Positions 10,543 to 20,784 of a stretch of DNA of 64,000 bases are shown here, one piece after another (the first letter of the stretch is position 1; each line of letters begins with the position of its first letter). The notes under the pieces were generated by a model. The model saw only the letters and a list, made by a program, of their open reading frames with translations. It did no database searches and had not been told where the DNA came from. Both the position numbers and the translations under genes were made by a program. The stretch covers positions 197,934 to 261,933 of the forward strand of contig CAVVYR010000001.1 of NCBI GenBank assembly GCA_963752475.1, given 5' to 3'. Origin of the DNA: an uncultured Chloroflexia bacterium. Lineage in GTDB: Bacteria; Chloroflexota; Limnocylindria; Limnocylindrales; CSP1-4.

Positions 10543-11386
10543 GTGACACAGGCCCGGAACGAACACGAACCAAAGCGCCAGCGTGGCGTGTCGATCGATA
10601 TCGATGGCGTCACGATGGTCTTCAATCCCGAGACCAACCCGTTCCAAGCCCTCTTGGAGATCTTGCTCAGCGTCAAGCCCGGTGAATTCGTGAGCGTGGT
10701 CGGGCCGAGCGGCTGCGGCAAGAGCACCCTGATGCTCCTGACCGCTGGACTGCTCCGTCCGTCCACCGGCGAGATCCGAGTCGACGAGGAACGAATCGAA
10801 TCCGCCCTGACCGATGTCGGCGTCGTCTTCCAGGACGACCTGCTGCTCGAGTTCCGGACTGCCGAGAAGAACGTGTCGCTGCAAGGGCAGATGCGGAAGC
10901 TGGACATGGATCGCATCCGTGAGCGCACGGGCCAGCTGATGGAACAACTGGGCGTGGCCCAAGCAGCAGACAAGTATCCCAAGCAGCTCTCCGGCGGGAT
11001 GCGCCAGCGAGTTGCCATCGCGAGAGCACTCGTCCACGACCCCTCCGTGCTGCTGATGGACGAGCCGTTCGGGGCACTCGACGCATTGACGCGACTTCAG
11101 GTCCGGCACGACCTGGAGCAGCTCTGGATGCGGGAGCGCCCGACCGTGCTCTTCATCACCCACAGCGTCGAAGAAGCGGTCGGCCTGTCGGACCGGGTCG
11201 ATCGTGTTTTCGCCGTCTCCAGGCCGAATTGTGGAGGAGGTACTCGTCGACCTGCCCCGGCCCAGGCCACTCGCCCTCGGTGAGACGGCGGAGTTGGCCG
11301 AGCGCGCCGATGGGATCTACCGCACATTCGAGGAGATGGGCGTCCTGTCCGAGGAGGATCTACCAGGCGAAGCCCGGTCTCTGTAG
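10543..11386 (+). CDS. ABC ATP-binding protein (TauB/SsuB type), frameshift near 11200
   Basis: GPSGCGKST, LSGGMRQR, LLMDEPF, FITH; C-terminus VFSPSPGRI...LPRPR continues in ORF 11204-11386. Confidence 0.88.
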
Positions 11387-11417
11387 TTCGGCACGCTAGC
11401 CCGCCGGAACCGACGCG

Positions 11418-12359
11418 ATGGGCCGCATACCCGGATGCTCAGCCACGACCCTCTCGCTCGCGGTGGTGTACTTCATCTGGGGTGCCATCTATCTGGCGAT
11501 CCGTTTCGGGCTCGATACCTTTCCACCCTTCATCCTCAATGGGCTGCGCTACTCGCTGGCCGGAGGCGCGATGTTCCTCGTGCTCCTCGCGCTGGGGACA
11601 CCAAGCCCGACTCGACGGCAATGGTGGAACCTCGTCCGCGTGGCGGCTCTGATGATGGTCGGCGGAGCCGGGCTCGTGACCGTCGCGCAGGATGTCGGTG
11701 TCGGATCCGGGCTCACCGCCACGGCAGTCGCGATGATCCCAGTGTGGGCGGCCCTCGTCGCGGGCGTCCTTGGGACCTGGCCACGCCACGTAGAGTGGGT
11801 GGGACTCGCGGTCGGGTTGCTCGGTGTCGGGCTGCTATCCCAGGAAGGCGACTTCCAGTCGAGCACCCTCGGGACGGCGTTGGTGATCATCGGCCCGGCC
11901 CTGTGGGCGCTGGGGTCGGTGTGGCAGACGCGCCTGGATACGCCACAACCAGCGATGGCGACGGCCGGGACCCTACTGAGTGGGGGTACGGCGCTCCTCG
12001 TGCTCGGCGTGCTTGCTGGTGAGCGCATAACGGTCGCGCCGACCGTCGAGTCTCTGGCTGCCCTACTCTTCCTCATCGTATTCGGCTCGATCGTCGGCTA
12101 CACGGCCTATGTGTACCTGCTGCGGCATACGAGCGCTGTGATGGCAACCAGCTATGCCTACGTCAATCCGGCCATCGCGGTTGTGCTCGGCATGACGATC
12201 GGCGGCGAAACGATCACGGGGCCGCTGGTGGTGGCACTACCATTGATCCTCGCGGGTGTCGCCATCGTCACGCTGGCTCAGCGTGGATCCCGAGTGGTCG
12301 CTCCCGAAGCCATCTCCAGCGAGCCGGCTGAGCTAACCGAGGCCGACGGCCGCCGGTGA
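11418..12359 (+). CDS. EamA/DMT family transporter (YedA-like)
   Basis: VYFIWGAIYLAIR, FGSIVGYTAYVYLL, SYAYVNPAIAVVLG; ~10 hydrophobic segments. Confidence 0.88.
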   Translation: MGRIPGCSATTLSLAVVYFIWGAIYLAIRFGLDTFPPFILNGLRYSLAGGAMFLVLLALGTPSPTRRQWWNLVRVAALMMVGGAGLVTVAQDVGVGSGLTATAVAMIPVWAALVAGVLGTWPRHVEWVGLAVGLLGVGLLSQEGDFQSSTLGTALVIIGPALWALGSVWQTRLDTPQPAMATAGTLLSGGTALLVLGVLAGERITVAPTVESLAALLFLIVFGSIVGYTAYVYLLRHTSAVMATSYAYVNPAIAVVLGMTIGGETITGPLVVALPLILAGVAIVTLAQRGSRVVAPEAISSEPAELTEADGRR

Positions 12360-12739
12360 TCGGGGAGCCCGACACCTCCATGCCACCCGGGGTCGGCGCC
12401 CACTTTGCCACAAGCGGCTCAGGGCTCCTGACCCACCGGTGACGTGTCGGCCATGGGGCAGATCGTCGACCCGGCGCTGTGGTCGACGGAGCAGATGAGA
12501 CGGGAGCGACGCCGGTCGCGGACACCAGGTCGCATCGAGACGGGAACGTACCCAACGAGGCTCTGCTACGCCGGCTGCGCAAGCGTCGTGGACGAGGACG
12601 GAGGGCGCGGAACCCGCGTGTCGACGCTGGTCTGACAGGCTCGGGACATCCCTCGTCGGCGACAGCGCCCGGCTGGAGTCGGTGTTCTCGCACAAATCGA
12701 GGTGAGTGGACACGCCACTGCAGAGGCAACGCGCGCCAC

Positions 12740-12870
12740 CGATCACTACCTCAGCTAGCCATCGGTCTGTAGCACTCAGCGCGTCCTTCACGTATTCGGC
12801 GGTGTCGATGAAGCGGCAGAACACGATCGGTGCGTAGCCGCCCGCAACGAGGCCCTTGAACGTCGGTGTC
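12740..12870 (-). pseudogene. short internal remnant of an SNF2/DEAD-type helicase (helicase C-domain entry motif)
   Basis: minus strand reads FKGLVAGGYAPIVFCRFIDTAEYVKDAL; the rest of the gene is absent. Confidence 0.5.
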
Positions 12871-12896
12871 GCGGGCCCACTGCACGAGCGCCCGCG

Positions 12897-13188
12897 TCAT
12901 CGATCCGCTCCCGTCGCTTCGGCGGACGCGCTCGCTAGCTCGGCGGAGCTCGCGGCGACGAGGGCATCGAGCGTCGCCGCCGCAGCACGGCCGAGGGCCG
13001 GGCTCACGCGCGCGTACGTGTTCATGGTCAGGCCGATCTGGCTGTGGCCCAACACCTCCATCACGACCCGCGGCGCTACGCCCTGGGCCAGCATCAGCGA
13101 GGCGCACGCGTGGCGGAGATCGTGGAAGCGCTGATGTCGCAGGCCCGCCGACCGCAACAGTCCCTGCAACCGCCGCGTGACGGTGATG
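12897..13188 (-). pseudogene. tyrosine recombinase/integrase C-terminal fragment, truncated at the IS3 end
   Basis: RFHDLRHACASLMLAQG...LGHSQIGLTMNTY (H-x-x-R, H and Y catalytic residues). Confidence 0.88.
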
Positions 13189-13228
13189 TGAAGCGCCCTG
13201 GGTTTCGTGGAGACTCGGACGATAGGGT

Positions 13229-14151
<923 letters not shown>

Positions 14152-14156
14152 CTATG

Positions 14157-15215
14157 TCAAGCGGCGAGCGTGACGGGCCATGTCGCAGCGACCCCAGTGG
14201 CACGTTCGTCTGCCTGGAGATGGCGGAAGACCACGTCGGAGAGCCGCCGCCGCAAGAGGCGCAGGGCCTCGGTCTTGGTGGCACCGGCGGCAATGCGGCC
14301 CTCGACGTAGGCGCGTCCGTCGTCGCCCACGCCCCGCAACTGGGTGACCGCGATCCGGTGCAGCGCCGCGTTGACCTGACGGTTCCCGCCGCGGCTCAGT
14401 CGGTACCTGGGGCTGTCGCCGGACCACACGGGGATCGGCGCGGTCCCGTTCCAGCGGGCGAAGGCGGCCTTGGAGCGGAAGCGGCCCACGCCGGCGGCCT
14501 CGCCGACGATCTTGGCCGCCGAGAGCGCGCCGCAGCCGGGCAGCGCGAGCAGCGAGGGCGCCAGGCGACGCACGATGCCGGTGATCCGGGCCTCGAGCTC
14601 GTTGGCCCGACGGGTGGACTCCCGGCAGCGGACCACGAGTTCACGAGCGATGTCGGCCACGGGGCCCGCGACGCCAGCGAGGCGCTCGTCGAGCTCATCG
14701 AGGACATGCTGCCGACGCAGGGCCTTGGGCGGGATCTCGAGTCCCGGGAAGAGTTCGTGGAGGTGCCAGCGTAGCCGGCTCTGCATCCTCGTCCGCTCGG
14801 CCACGAGGTCCTCGCGGTGATCGACGAGGAGGCGCAGCGCACGGGCCTCGCCGTCGAGACGAGCGACCGGGAGCTCCGGCTCGCGGAGGGCGGCACGAGC
14901 GACCGCCAGGGCGTCGATCGGATCGGACTTGCCTCGCTCGCGGCCATTCCGGCGGGCCTCGGCCATGAGGCGGGGCGGCACCCGGACCGCGGCCTCGCCA
15001 GCCCGCAGGAGATCGACCTCCAACCGGCGCGTCAGGTGCCGGCAGTCCTCGACCGCGAAGAGGCGCTCATGCCACTGCGCCGCCCACTCGACGGCCTGGA
15101 GATGGCCGTCAGGCGTCGCCGCGACGGTCCTCTCGGCGAGCCTGCGCCCCGCCCTATCGATGGCTACGAGCGTGTGGGTGCGCTTGTGCGCGTCGACTCC
15201 GATGGTCACTCTCAT
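14157..15215 (-). CDS. IS110-family DEDD (RuvC-like) recombinase/transposase
   Basis: IGVDAHK, AVED, GKSDPIDA; Tnp domain LPGCGALSAAKIVGE, GTAPIPVWSG (catalytic Ser), RGGNRQVNAALH; GGGAGG RBS. Confidence 0.95.
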   Translation of the reverse strand: MRVTIGVDAHKRTHTLVAIDRAGRRLAERTVAATPDGHLQAVEWAAQWHERLFAVEDCRHLTRRLEVDLLRAGEAAVRVPPRLMAEARRNGRERGKSDPIDALAVARAALREPELPVARLDGEARALRLLVDHREDLVAERTRMQSRLRWHLHELFPGLEIPPKALRRQHVLDELDERLAGVAGPVADIARELVVRCRESTRRANELEARITGIVRRLAPSLLALPGCGALSAAKIVGEAAGVGRFRSKAAFARWNGTAPIPVWSGDSPRYRLSRGGNRQVNAALHRIAVTQLRGVGDDGRAYVEGRIAAGATKTEALRLLRRRLSDVVFRHLQADERATGVAATWPVTLAA

Positions 15216-15249
15216 CCCGGACCTCCCTCTATGTTCTCTCGACGAAGCG

Positions 15250-15410
15250 TCGCGGGCCGGACGGGGACACGCCTTTCTCGAGGTCTCGACCAGGCTCCTA
15301 TCAAGTCACTCCGAGCGGCCCGACTGCGCCCGGCAGGTGGCACAACGCGGAGAAGTTACGGGCCGATGCGGCCGGGGACAGCGAAGAAACGAGCCAACCT
15401 GCCGGGCAGC
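15250..15410 (-). ncRNA. predicted IS110 bridge RNA with target-binding and donor-binding loops
   Basis: two stem/internal-loop modules in the left non-coding end; loop segments match target flanks (TTTCTTCGC; CTCCGC) and element ends (ATAGGAGC; AGAAA). Confidence 0.85.
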
Positions 15411-15427
15411 GCCGACGATGACAGAAA

Positions 15428-15748
15428 CGCGAAGAAAGCCGATGCGCTCTTGAGGATCTCGTTGGCCCGCCGCAGCTCGCGGTTCTCCCGTTCGAGCTCC
15501 TTGAGGCGCTCGGCCTCTTCGCTGGTGGTGCCGGGGCGATGGCCCCGGTCGATCTCGGCCTGGACGACCCAGCGGCGCAGGGACTCGGGGCCGATGCCCA
15601 GCTCGTTCGCGATGCGGGTGATCGTGCCGAAGCGCTCCTCGCCCCGGTCGTACGAGTCGAGGACCATGCGGATGGCCCGGTGCTTCAGCTCGGGTGGGTA
15701 CTGACGCGGGCTGGACCGCCCGGTGCTGCTGCTGTCGTTGTCAGCCAT
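15428..15748 (-). pseudogene. IS3 OrfA (HTH); the last codons AELDRPSKR* lie at 14144-14115 beyond the IS110
   Basis: RQYPPELKHRAIRMV, IANELGIGPESLRRWV, ELERENRELRRANEILKSASAFFA. Confidence 0.9.
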
Positions 15749-15800
15749 GACTCCATGTTCCTCCAACTGCTGGAGTCTCCATCGAAGTCAGGGCGGTTCA

Positions 15801-15996
15801 CCGAGCGCAGCGCGACAAACGGGACGGCCTCATCGACGAGGCACAAGCGGGTGGTTGATCCGTCCGCCTGGGTCGCGAACAGACTTCCGCGAAGGATGTC
15901 GACCCAGAGAAGCCTCTCCCCACGCTGGTCCCAGACAGGCCCTTCACGCAGCTCTGCTCCAGCGGCGACGAGTACCTGCGCTGTCACTTCGTGCAT
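15801..15996 (-). pseudogene. SMP-30/gluconolactonase family N-terminal fragment, cut by the IS3 end
   Basis: AELREGPVWDQRGERLLWVDI; the frame runs directly into the IS inverted repeat. Confidence 0.8.
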
Positions 15997-16173
15997 CGGT
16001 CCATCCCTCGGCTGGTACGTGACACCTGGATAACGGGAAACGATAGGCGATACGGCCCACAGCGCTCCCCTACTCGGTGGCAGTCAACGACAAGTTGTGC
16101 GGCCTCGCGACCGCAATGGGCCGCAGGATCGATCTCATTGGGCCGGCGCTGGCACGACGGTCCGCGGTGCTGC

Positions 16174-16430
16174 CTATGCATCACGCAGGTGAGCCAGCCA
16201 GTAGACGGCACCTACGAGGTCGGTGCCACCCACGATGTTGCCAAGCGTGACCGGGGCAAGGTTCGATACGAGCCCAGGCATGTCGACGGCTGCGTACGCG
16301 TCGGCCGTTGCACCCAGCTCAGTCCAGAAGGGCTCGGGCGCGAATGCTCGGATGAGCATCGCGACAGGGATGAAGTACATGTTCGCGACCGAGTGTTCGA
16401 AGCCCATGACCACGAACGCCACGATCGGCT
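16174..16430 (-). pseudogene. formate/nitrite transporter (FNT) C-terminal fragment
   Basis: AFVVMGFEHSVANMYFIP and NLAPVTLGNIVGG; N-terminal two thirds missing. Confidence 0.85.
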
Positions 16431-16781
16431 GTGGCCGAGGTGCGCGAGGAGGTAGTGGAGACCGAGCGCGGTTCGGCCTTCATCAGCGGTGTGAGCAAGC
16501 ACGTCGATCCGGCTCTCAACGACGTTTGGACCGTACCGGGTGAGGAGCACCTCATCGATGAGTGGCGGGCAGCGGATCTGGCCGAATCCGAACGTATCGA
16601 CCCCATGACGCACTACCACGCGCTTCAGATATGCGACTTCATGAACGCAGTCGTGACTGGCCGGCCTCCGCACGTTACCGGGCATGATGGCCGGGCGGCG
16701 GTTGAGCTGATCACCGCGATCTACGAAGCCCACCGTTCAAGATCGATGGTGGAACTCGGCACTCCTCCACGTTCCGACTGA
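16431..16781 (+). pseudogene. Gfo/Idh/MocA oxidoreductase C-terminal fragment
   Basis: YHALQICDFMNAV...PHVTGHDGRAAVELITAIYEA; Rossmann domain absent. Confidence 0.75.
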
Positions 16782-16812
16782 CCAGGTCACCTCCAGCCTG
16801 GTCAGTCGGAAC
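16771..16812. terminator. perfect 16-bp inverted repeat with 10-nt loop between convergent gene remnants
   Basis: GTTCCGACTGACCAGG (16771-16786) / CCTGGTCAGTCGGAAC (16797-16812). Confidence 0.55.
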
Positions 16813-16848
16813 ACTCCCAGGCTTGCCCGCCCGGTTGCGGCTAGCCGC

Positions 16849-17002
16849 TCAACCGCTCGCGAGCAGTTCGTCCATCCGCTCGGCAGCAGAGCGCCCCAAC
16901 GCCGGGGTCACGTGCGCGTACGTGTTCATCGTCAGGCCGATCTGGCTGTGGCCGAGCAACTCCATCACTACCCGCGGGGCGACACCCTGGGCCAGCAGCA
17001 GT
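16849..17002 (-). pseudogene. second tyrosine integrase C-terminal remnant
   Basis: minus strand reads LLLAQGVAPRVVMELLGHSQIGLTMNTYAHVTPALGRSAAERMDELLASG*. Confidence 0.85.
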
Positions 17003-17399
17003 GGCCGGCTCCACATCAGGCGTCAACGACCACGGGGTCGCTTGCGACGCTTCCATAGAGATACTTGCGGTACAGACGAAGGAGTATTTGCGACGTTCGT
17101 AGAGAGGCAGTCGCGGACGATGAGCAGTGCGGCACGGTGGAACCCCGGAGAAGCCCGCGATCACGTGTGTCCTCGACATTCGCAAACAGCAGATCCTCGG
17201 TTCAGATCCGAGTGTCGGCACCACTCCTCACGCGTGAAGCGACCACCGAATGCTCATCGGAGCGCCGGAGGTCGGTCGTTGTACGGTCGGCGGCGTTTCG
17301 CTTCGCCTCCTCGCCGACGCGTGTATACACGTTCATCGTGGATCAGATACGGCGGCACCCGAGGGCTGCAGCGATCAGACCACTCCGCGCGAGCACGGC

Positions 17400-17615
17400 G
17401 TAGAGTGCTTTTCGGACGCGCTGACCGCAGCCAAGCTCGTCAGCGAGGTCGCCAGGATCGGTCGCTTCAGGAGCCGCGCCGCCTTCGCGCGCCACAACGG
17501 CTCGGCGCCGACGCCTCGGCGACGCGGTCTACCGCTGCATGCGCGAGACACGGCGCTAGAGTGCCACAGCGACCAGCCAGACCGACCTGGCACAGGCCGC
17601 TTGACATAGGAGCAA
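17400..17615 (+). mobile_element. degenerate, internally deleted IS110 remnant retaining its right end
   Basis: ALTAAKLVSEVARIGRFRSRAAFARHNGSAP, then LGDAVYRCM in another frame; ends GCCGCTTGACATAGGAGCAA, identical to the intact copy. Confidence 0.85.
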
Positions 17616-17618
17616 CCA

Positions 17619-18380
17619 ATGGCACCTACGACCGGGGACGTCGGCAAGGGCACGCTGCCACTGCTCGACGACCGCCCAGAGCGCCTGCTCGTCATCGTCG
17701 CCCATCCCGACGACGCCGACTTCGGCATCGCCGGCAGCGTGGCCGCTTGGGTCGGGGAGGGCAGCGTGGCGCAGCTCGTCTGCTGCACCAGCGGGGACGC
17801 CGGCGCCGACGACGCCGACACCGACCCGCTCGAGGTGGCTCGCCTGCGCGAGACCGAGCAGCGCGCCGCGGCCGACATCGTAGGCTACGAGTCGGTCACC
17901 TTCCTGCACCGTCCCGATGGCGCGCTGGCCAACGACCTGGCGCTGCGCGAGCAGCTCGTGCGCATCCTGCGGCGCTTCCGGCCCGACGCGGTGGCGACGT
18001 CCGACCCGCGCGCCTTGTTCCACGCCGGCCGCATGGTCAACCACGTCGATCATCGTACCGCCGGCGCCGCCGCCGTCGATGCGGTCTATCCCGCGGCCGA
18101 GAACGCCATGGCCTTCCCTCACCTGACCACGGCCGAGGGCCTCGCCAAGCACCACATCGGGCGCATCTTCCTCTTCTGGAGCGACGAGCCCGATGTCGCG
18201 GTCGACATCAGCGCCACGCTCGCGACCAAGCGCCGCGCCGTCCGTGCGCACGCTTCGCAGCTGCGGGAGCCCGCGTCGGTCGACGAGATGCTGGGGCAGT
18301 GGGCCGCGAGCGAGGGAGCGCGGGCGGGCGTCGACGCGGCCGAGACCTTCGCCCTCGTGGACATGCGCCGCGACGGCTGA
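17619..18380 (+). CDS. PIG-L/LmbE family deacetylase
   Basis: VAHPDDAD, TSGDAG, RETEQRAAA, NHVDH, AHASQ. Confidence 0.9.
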   Translation: MAPTTGDVGKGTLPLLDDRPERLLVIVAHPDDADFGIAGSVAAWVGEGSVAQLVCCTSGDAGADDADTDPLEVARLRETEQRAAADIVGYESVTFLHRPDGALANDLALREQLVRILRRFRPDAVATSDPRALFHAGRMVNHVDHRTAGAAAVDAVYPAAENAMAFPHLTTAEGLAKHHIGRIFLFWSDEPDVAVDISATLATKRRAVRAHASQLREPASVDEMLGQWAASEGARAGVDAAETFALVDMRRDG

Positions 18381-18589
18381 GGCTGCTCCGCTCGCGGCCC
18401 GAGGATGGGCACGAGCTGGTTGATGGCGAGCTCCGGCGCCCGCGCTGCGAGGAAGGCGCAGGCATCCGCGACGAATGACCTGAGCGTCAGCACACCGCCC
18501 CCCTGCCCGGTTCTCTTGGTTCGAGCGTGGATGCCGTCATCGGCGGGCGCTGCGGCGCTGGCCGCGTGTCGAGTTGGACGACTCGTGCC

Positions 18590-19226
18590 CTACGACTCGG
18601 CCTCGAGCGCCTCGGGTGGTATGTCGATAGTGTCGGACGTACCGAATTCGAGGAGCTCGTAGCGCACATGGAACTCGCCATCGACGTAGCCGCGCCCGGT
18701 CGCCGACACCTCGAGGGCGATCAACTCGGGGGTCCAGCACGGCTCAACCCAGAACGTCGCGCTAAGCGTGTCGGTATCTCGCGTGAGCCCGGGATCGAGC
18801 GAGGCGATGGCATCAAGACCGAGCTCATAGACCTCGACCGACCGACCAGCGACCTCGGTCTCCGCGATGGGGTCGAATTCGTCGACCAGATCGGGTAGCC
18901 ACAGGTCGTCGACGAAGGGACGGTAGGTCAGGGAACCCAGGATGCCGTCCACGTCCTCTTGCCAGCCTCCGCCCGCCTCGCGCCAGTAGGCGGAGCCGCC
19001 TTGTACCCAGAGCGTGTCGATGGCGGCATCCTCGGGCTCTCGAAAGCGGACCGTCCACTGCCGCGGGTCCGCGTCGAGCCGATGGAGCTCCTCGATCGAT
19101 GAGATGGCCGCACTGTCGTGGAGGTGTTCGTAGCGACTGCGGTACGAGCCCAGCGTCGCGATAGGTCTCAAGCGAGCTCGCCACGGCCGACGCCGGCACG
19201 GTGACGATGACGGCCAGCGCCAGCAT
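18590..19226 (-). CDS. hypothetical exported protein (LppX/LolA-like beta-rich), frameshift near 19165
   Basis: signal-peptide-like MLALAVIVTVPASAVA in one frame; acidic body (…ETEVAGRSVEVY…FGTSDTIDIP) in another. Confidence 0.5.
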
Positions 19227-19268
19227 GGCGGCCCTGGCGATGTCGAACGCTCCCGGCCTGAGCAGCCC

Positions 19269-19361
19269 CTACTCGCGCGCGAGCATGGCGGCCACCGCGC
19301 GGGTGGACACGCCGGTCGAGAAAGCAGCGAGGACGTCAGCAAGGCGAAGACGAGCGACCAC
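19269..19361 (-). pseudogene. collapsed remnant of an HD-GYP + LuxR-HTH regulator (N- and C-termini fused)
   Basis: VVARLRLADVLAAFS joined to TGVSTRAVAAMLARE*GLL. Confidence 0.5.
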
Positions 19362-19461
19362 GCCTCATCCTCTCGCGGAGGGCGTGGTCGAGGGGTCCGG
19401 GTGCCTCGACCCTGCCGAGGCCAGGCCATCTGCCGGGTGAGCGGGCACAGCGGCGCCACGC

Positions 19462-20220
19462 TTAGGTGTGGGCGATGAGGTCGAGTGCGACCGCGTAGAC
19501 CTCGTCCTCGGCGCGCTCGAAGGCCGCCTGCAGTTCCTGCGCCAACGGGTCCATGAACGAGCGTCCGGAGAGGATCTCGTCCCAGGCCACGAGCATCGAG
19601 ACACCCGCCGCTCCGAAGGCCTGCGCCACCGCGAGCGTCGTGGCCGTCTCCATATCGACGCCCAGGAAGCCCTGCTCGGACCACTCTCGCACGTGGCTCA
19701 GTGGCTGGTTGAAGAGCGTCGGCCAGGTCACGCTCGGACCGCGATGAGCCGACACACCACGCAGCTCGAGCGCAGTTGCAGCGCGCGTGGACCATGCTAA
19801 CGACGAGGCCACCCGAGCGTCTGCCGCGTACAGCGCCGTGGTCCCGTCCAGCCCCAGCGCCGCGCTCGGAACGACCACGTCTCCTGGGCGGACGCCGGCT
19901 GCGAGCACCCCGCAGGTGCCGATCTGGATCGCCAGCCGGGCACCGACGAGGGCCGCCACGTGCACCACCTCGGCGGTCCGCGGAGCACCGTAGGGACAGG
20001 CGTAGATGAGCCATCGACCCGCGGACGACCCCAGGAAGACGTCCGGGATCCCCAACTCGCGCACGGACTCCAGCCGCGTCAGACGGCGCCGCGTGTGCGC
20101 ATCGCGCCACCAGGTGCCCTCCACGATGACCGCCACCGGATGCTCATCGTCAGCCAGCCCGAGCACCGTCCGCCAGGCGGCTCCGTCGACCTCACCGACA
20201 GGGCCCAGCTCAGGGCTCAC
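19462..20220 (-). CDS. nucleoside phosphorylase (PNP/UDP family)
   Basis: YGAP, QIGTCG, GDVVVP, GVDMETA; GTG start overlaps the upstream stop. Confidence 0.8.
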   Translation of the reverse strand: MSPELGPVGEVDGAAWRTVLGLADDEHPVAVIVEGTWWRDAHTRRRLTRLESVRELGIPDVFLGSSAGRWLIYACPYGAPRTAEVVHVAALVGARLAIQIGTCGVLAAGVRPGDVVVPSAALGLDGTTALYAADARVASSLAWSTRAATALELRGVSAHRGPSVTWPTLFNQPLSHVREWSEQGFLGVDMETATTLAVAQAFGAAGVSMLVAWDEILSGRSFMDPLAQELQAAFERAEDEVYAVALDLIAHT

Positions 20221-20777
20221 GCGGCGTCCATCGCGAGCGGGAACCGCACCTCGGTCTTCCACGACCCAGGGGCGCTCGACCCGGACATCAGCCAGGCCTC
20301 AGTGGCGGTACACGCGATGGGAAGGTGTGGCTCGAGGGCACGGGCCGCTTCCTCCAGCCGCTCGCGCGGCTCGGATACCCCGATGGTGAGATGCGGTGGC
20401 ACGAGTCCGGGCAGGTCGCCATACGGACGCAGCGTCGGCCACTGCTCCATGACGCTCGCGGTCAGGTGGCGGAAGAGCGCATCGGGCTCGGGTGCCAGCC
20501 ACACGACCCGGTCGTCGAACCACCTGACCTCGGTCAACTCGAAACCGAATGCCGGCACCGACCCGAAGATGGCCGCGAGGGACGAGCGCACGCCGTCGTC
20601 GATATCCGAGAGGGGCAGGAACGGATACTCCACCGTCACGTGGGTGGGCATGCCGCGCGACGAGAACGGATCCAGCCGCTCGCGCCACGGCTCGACCTCG
20701 GCCATCGCTTCGGCCACCGGCACGATGAGGCTGGTCTCGACCTCGGTCGAGATGTCGTCCCGGCTGGCGACCTTCAT
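20217..20777 (-). CDS. 2H phosphoesterase (2'-5' RNA ligase superfamily)
   Basis: two HxT motifs: PTHVTV and PPHLTI. Confidence 0.85.
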   Translation of the reverse strand: MKVASRDDISTEVETSLIVPVAEAMAEVEPWRERLDPFSSRGMPTHVTVEYPFLPLSDIDDGVRSSLAAIFGSVPAFGFELTEVRWFDDRVVWLAPEPDALFRHLTASVMEQWPTLRPYGDLPGLVPPHLTIGVSEPRERLEEAARALEPHLPIACTATEAWLMSGSSAPGSWKTEVRFPLAMDAA

Positions 20778-20784
20778 GGCCGCG

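Noticed and set aside
15356-15427. IS3 OrfA C-terminal extension FLSSSALPGRLARFFAVPGRIGP
   Set aside because: Read-through into the IS110 left end; the second 'FFA' is the bridge-RNA guide copy of the target, not a protein repeat.
15381-15437. GCGAAGAAA direct repeat as a target-site duplication
   Set aside because: Both copies are on the same side of the element and one lies inside a stem-enclosed loop, which fits a guide rather than a TSD.
16823-18478. 551-aa ORF on the + strand
   Set aside because: Arg-rich shadow frame crossing the integrase remnant, the IS110 relic and the PIG-L gene; no coherent domain.
18590-20110. 506-aa ORF as a single gene
   Set aside because: Its first two thirds is an off-frame reading of the nucleoside phosphorylase and intergenic DNA; only the last ~190 aa look coding.
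19462-20777. PNP + 2H phosphoesterase as an anti-phage nucleotide-signalling module
   Set aside because: Both genes are the tail of a catabolic operon, and no cyclase, sensor ATPase or effector fusion is nearby.
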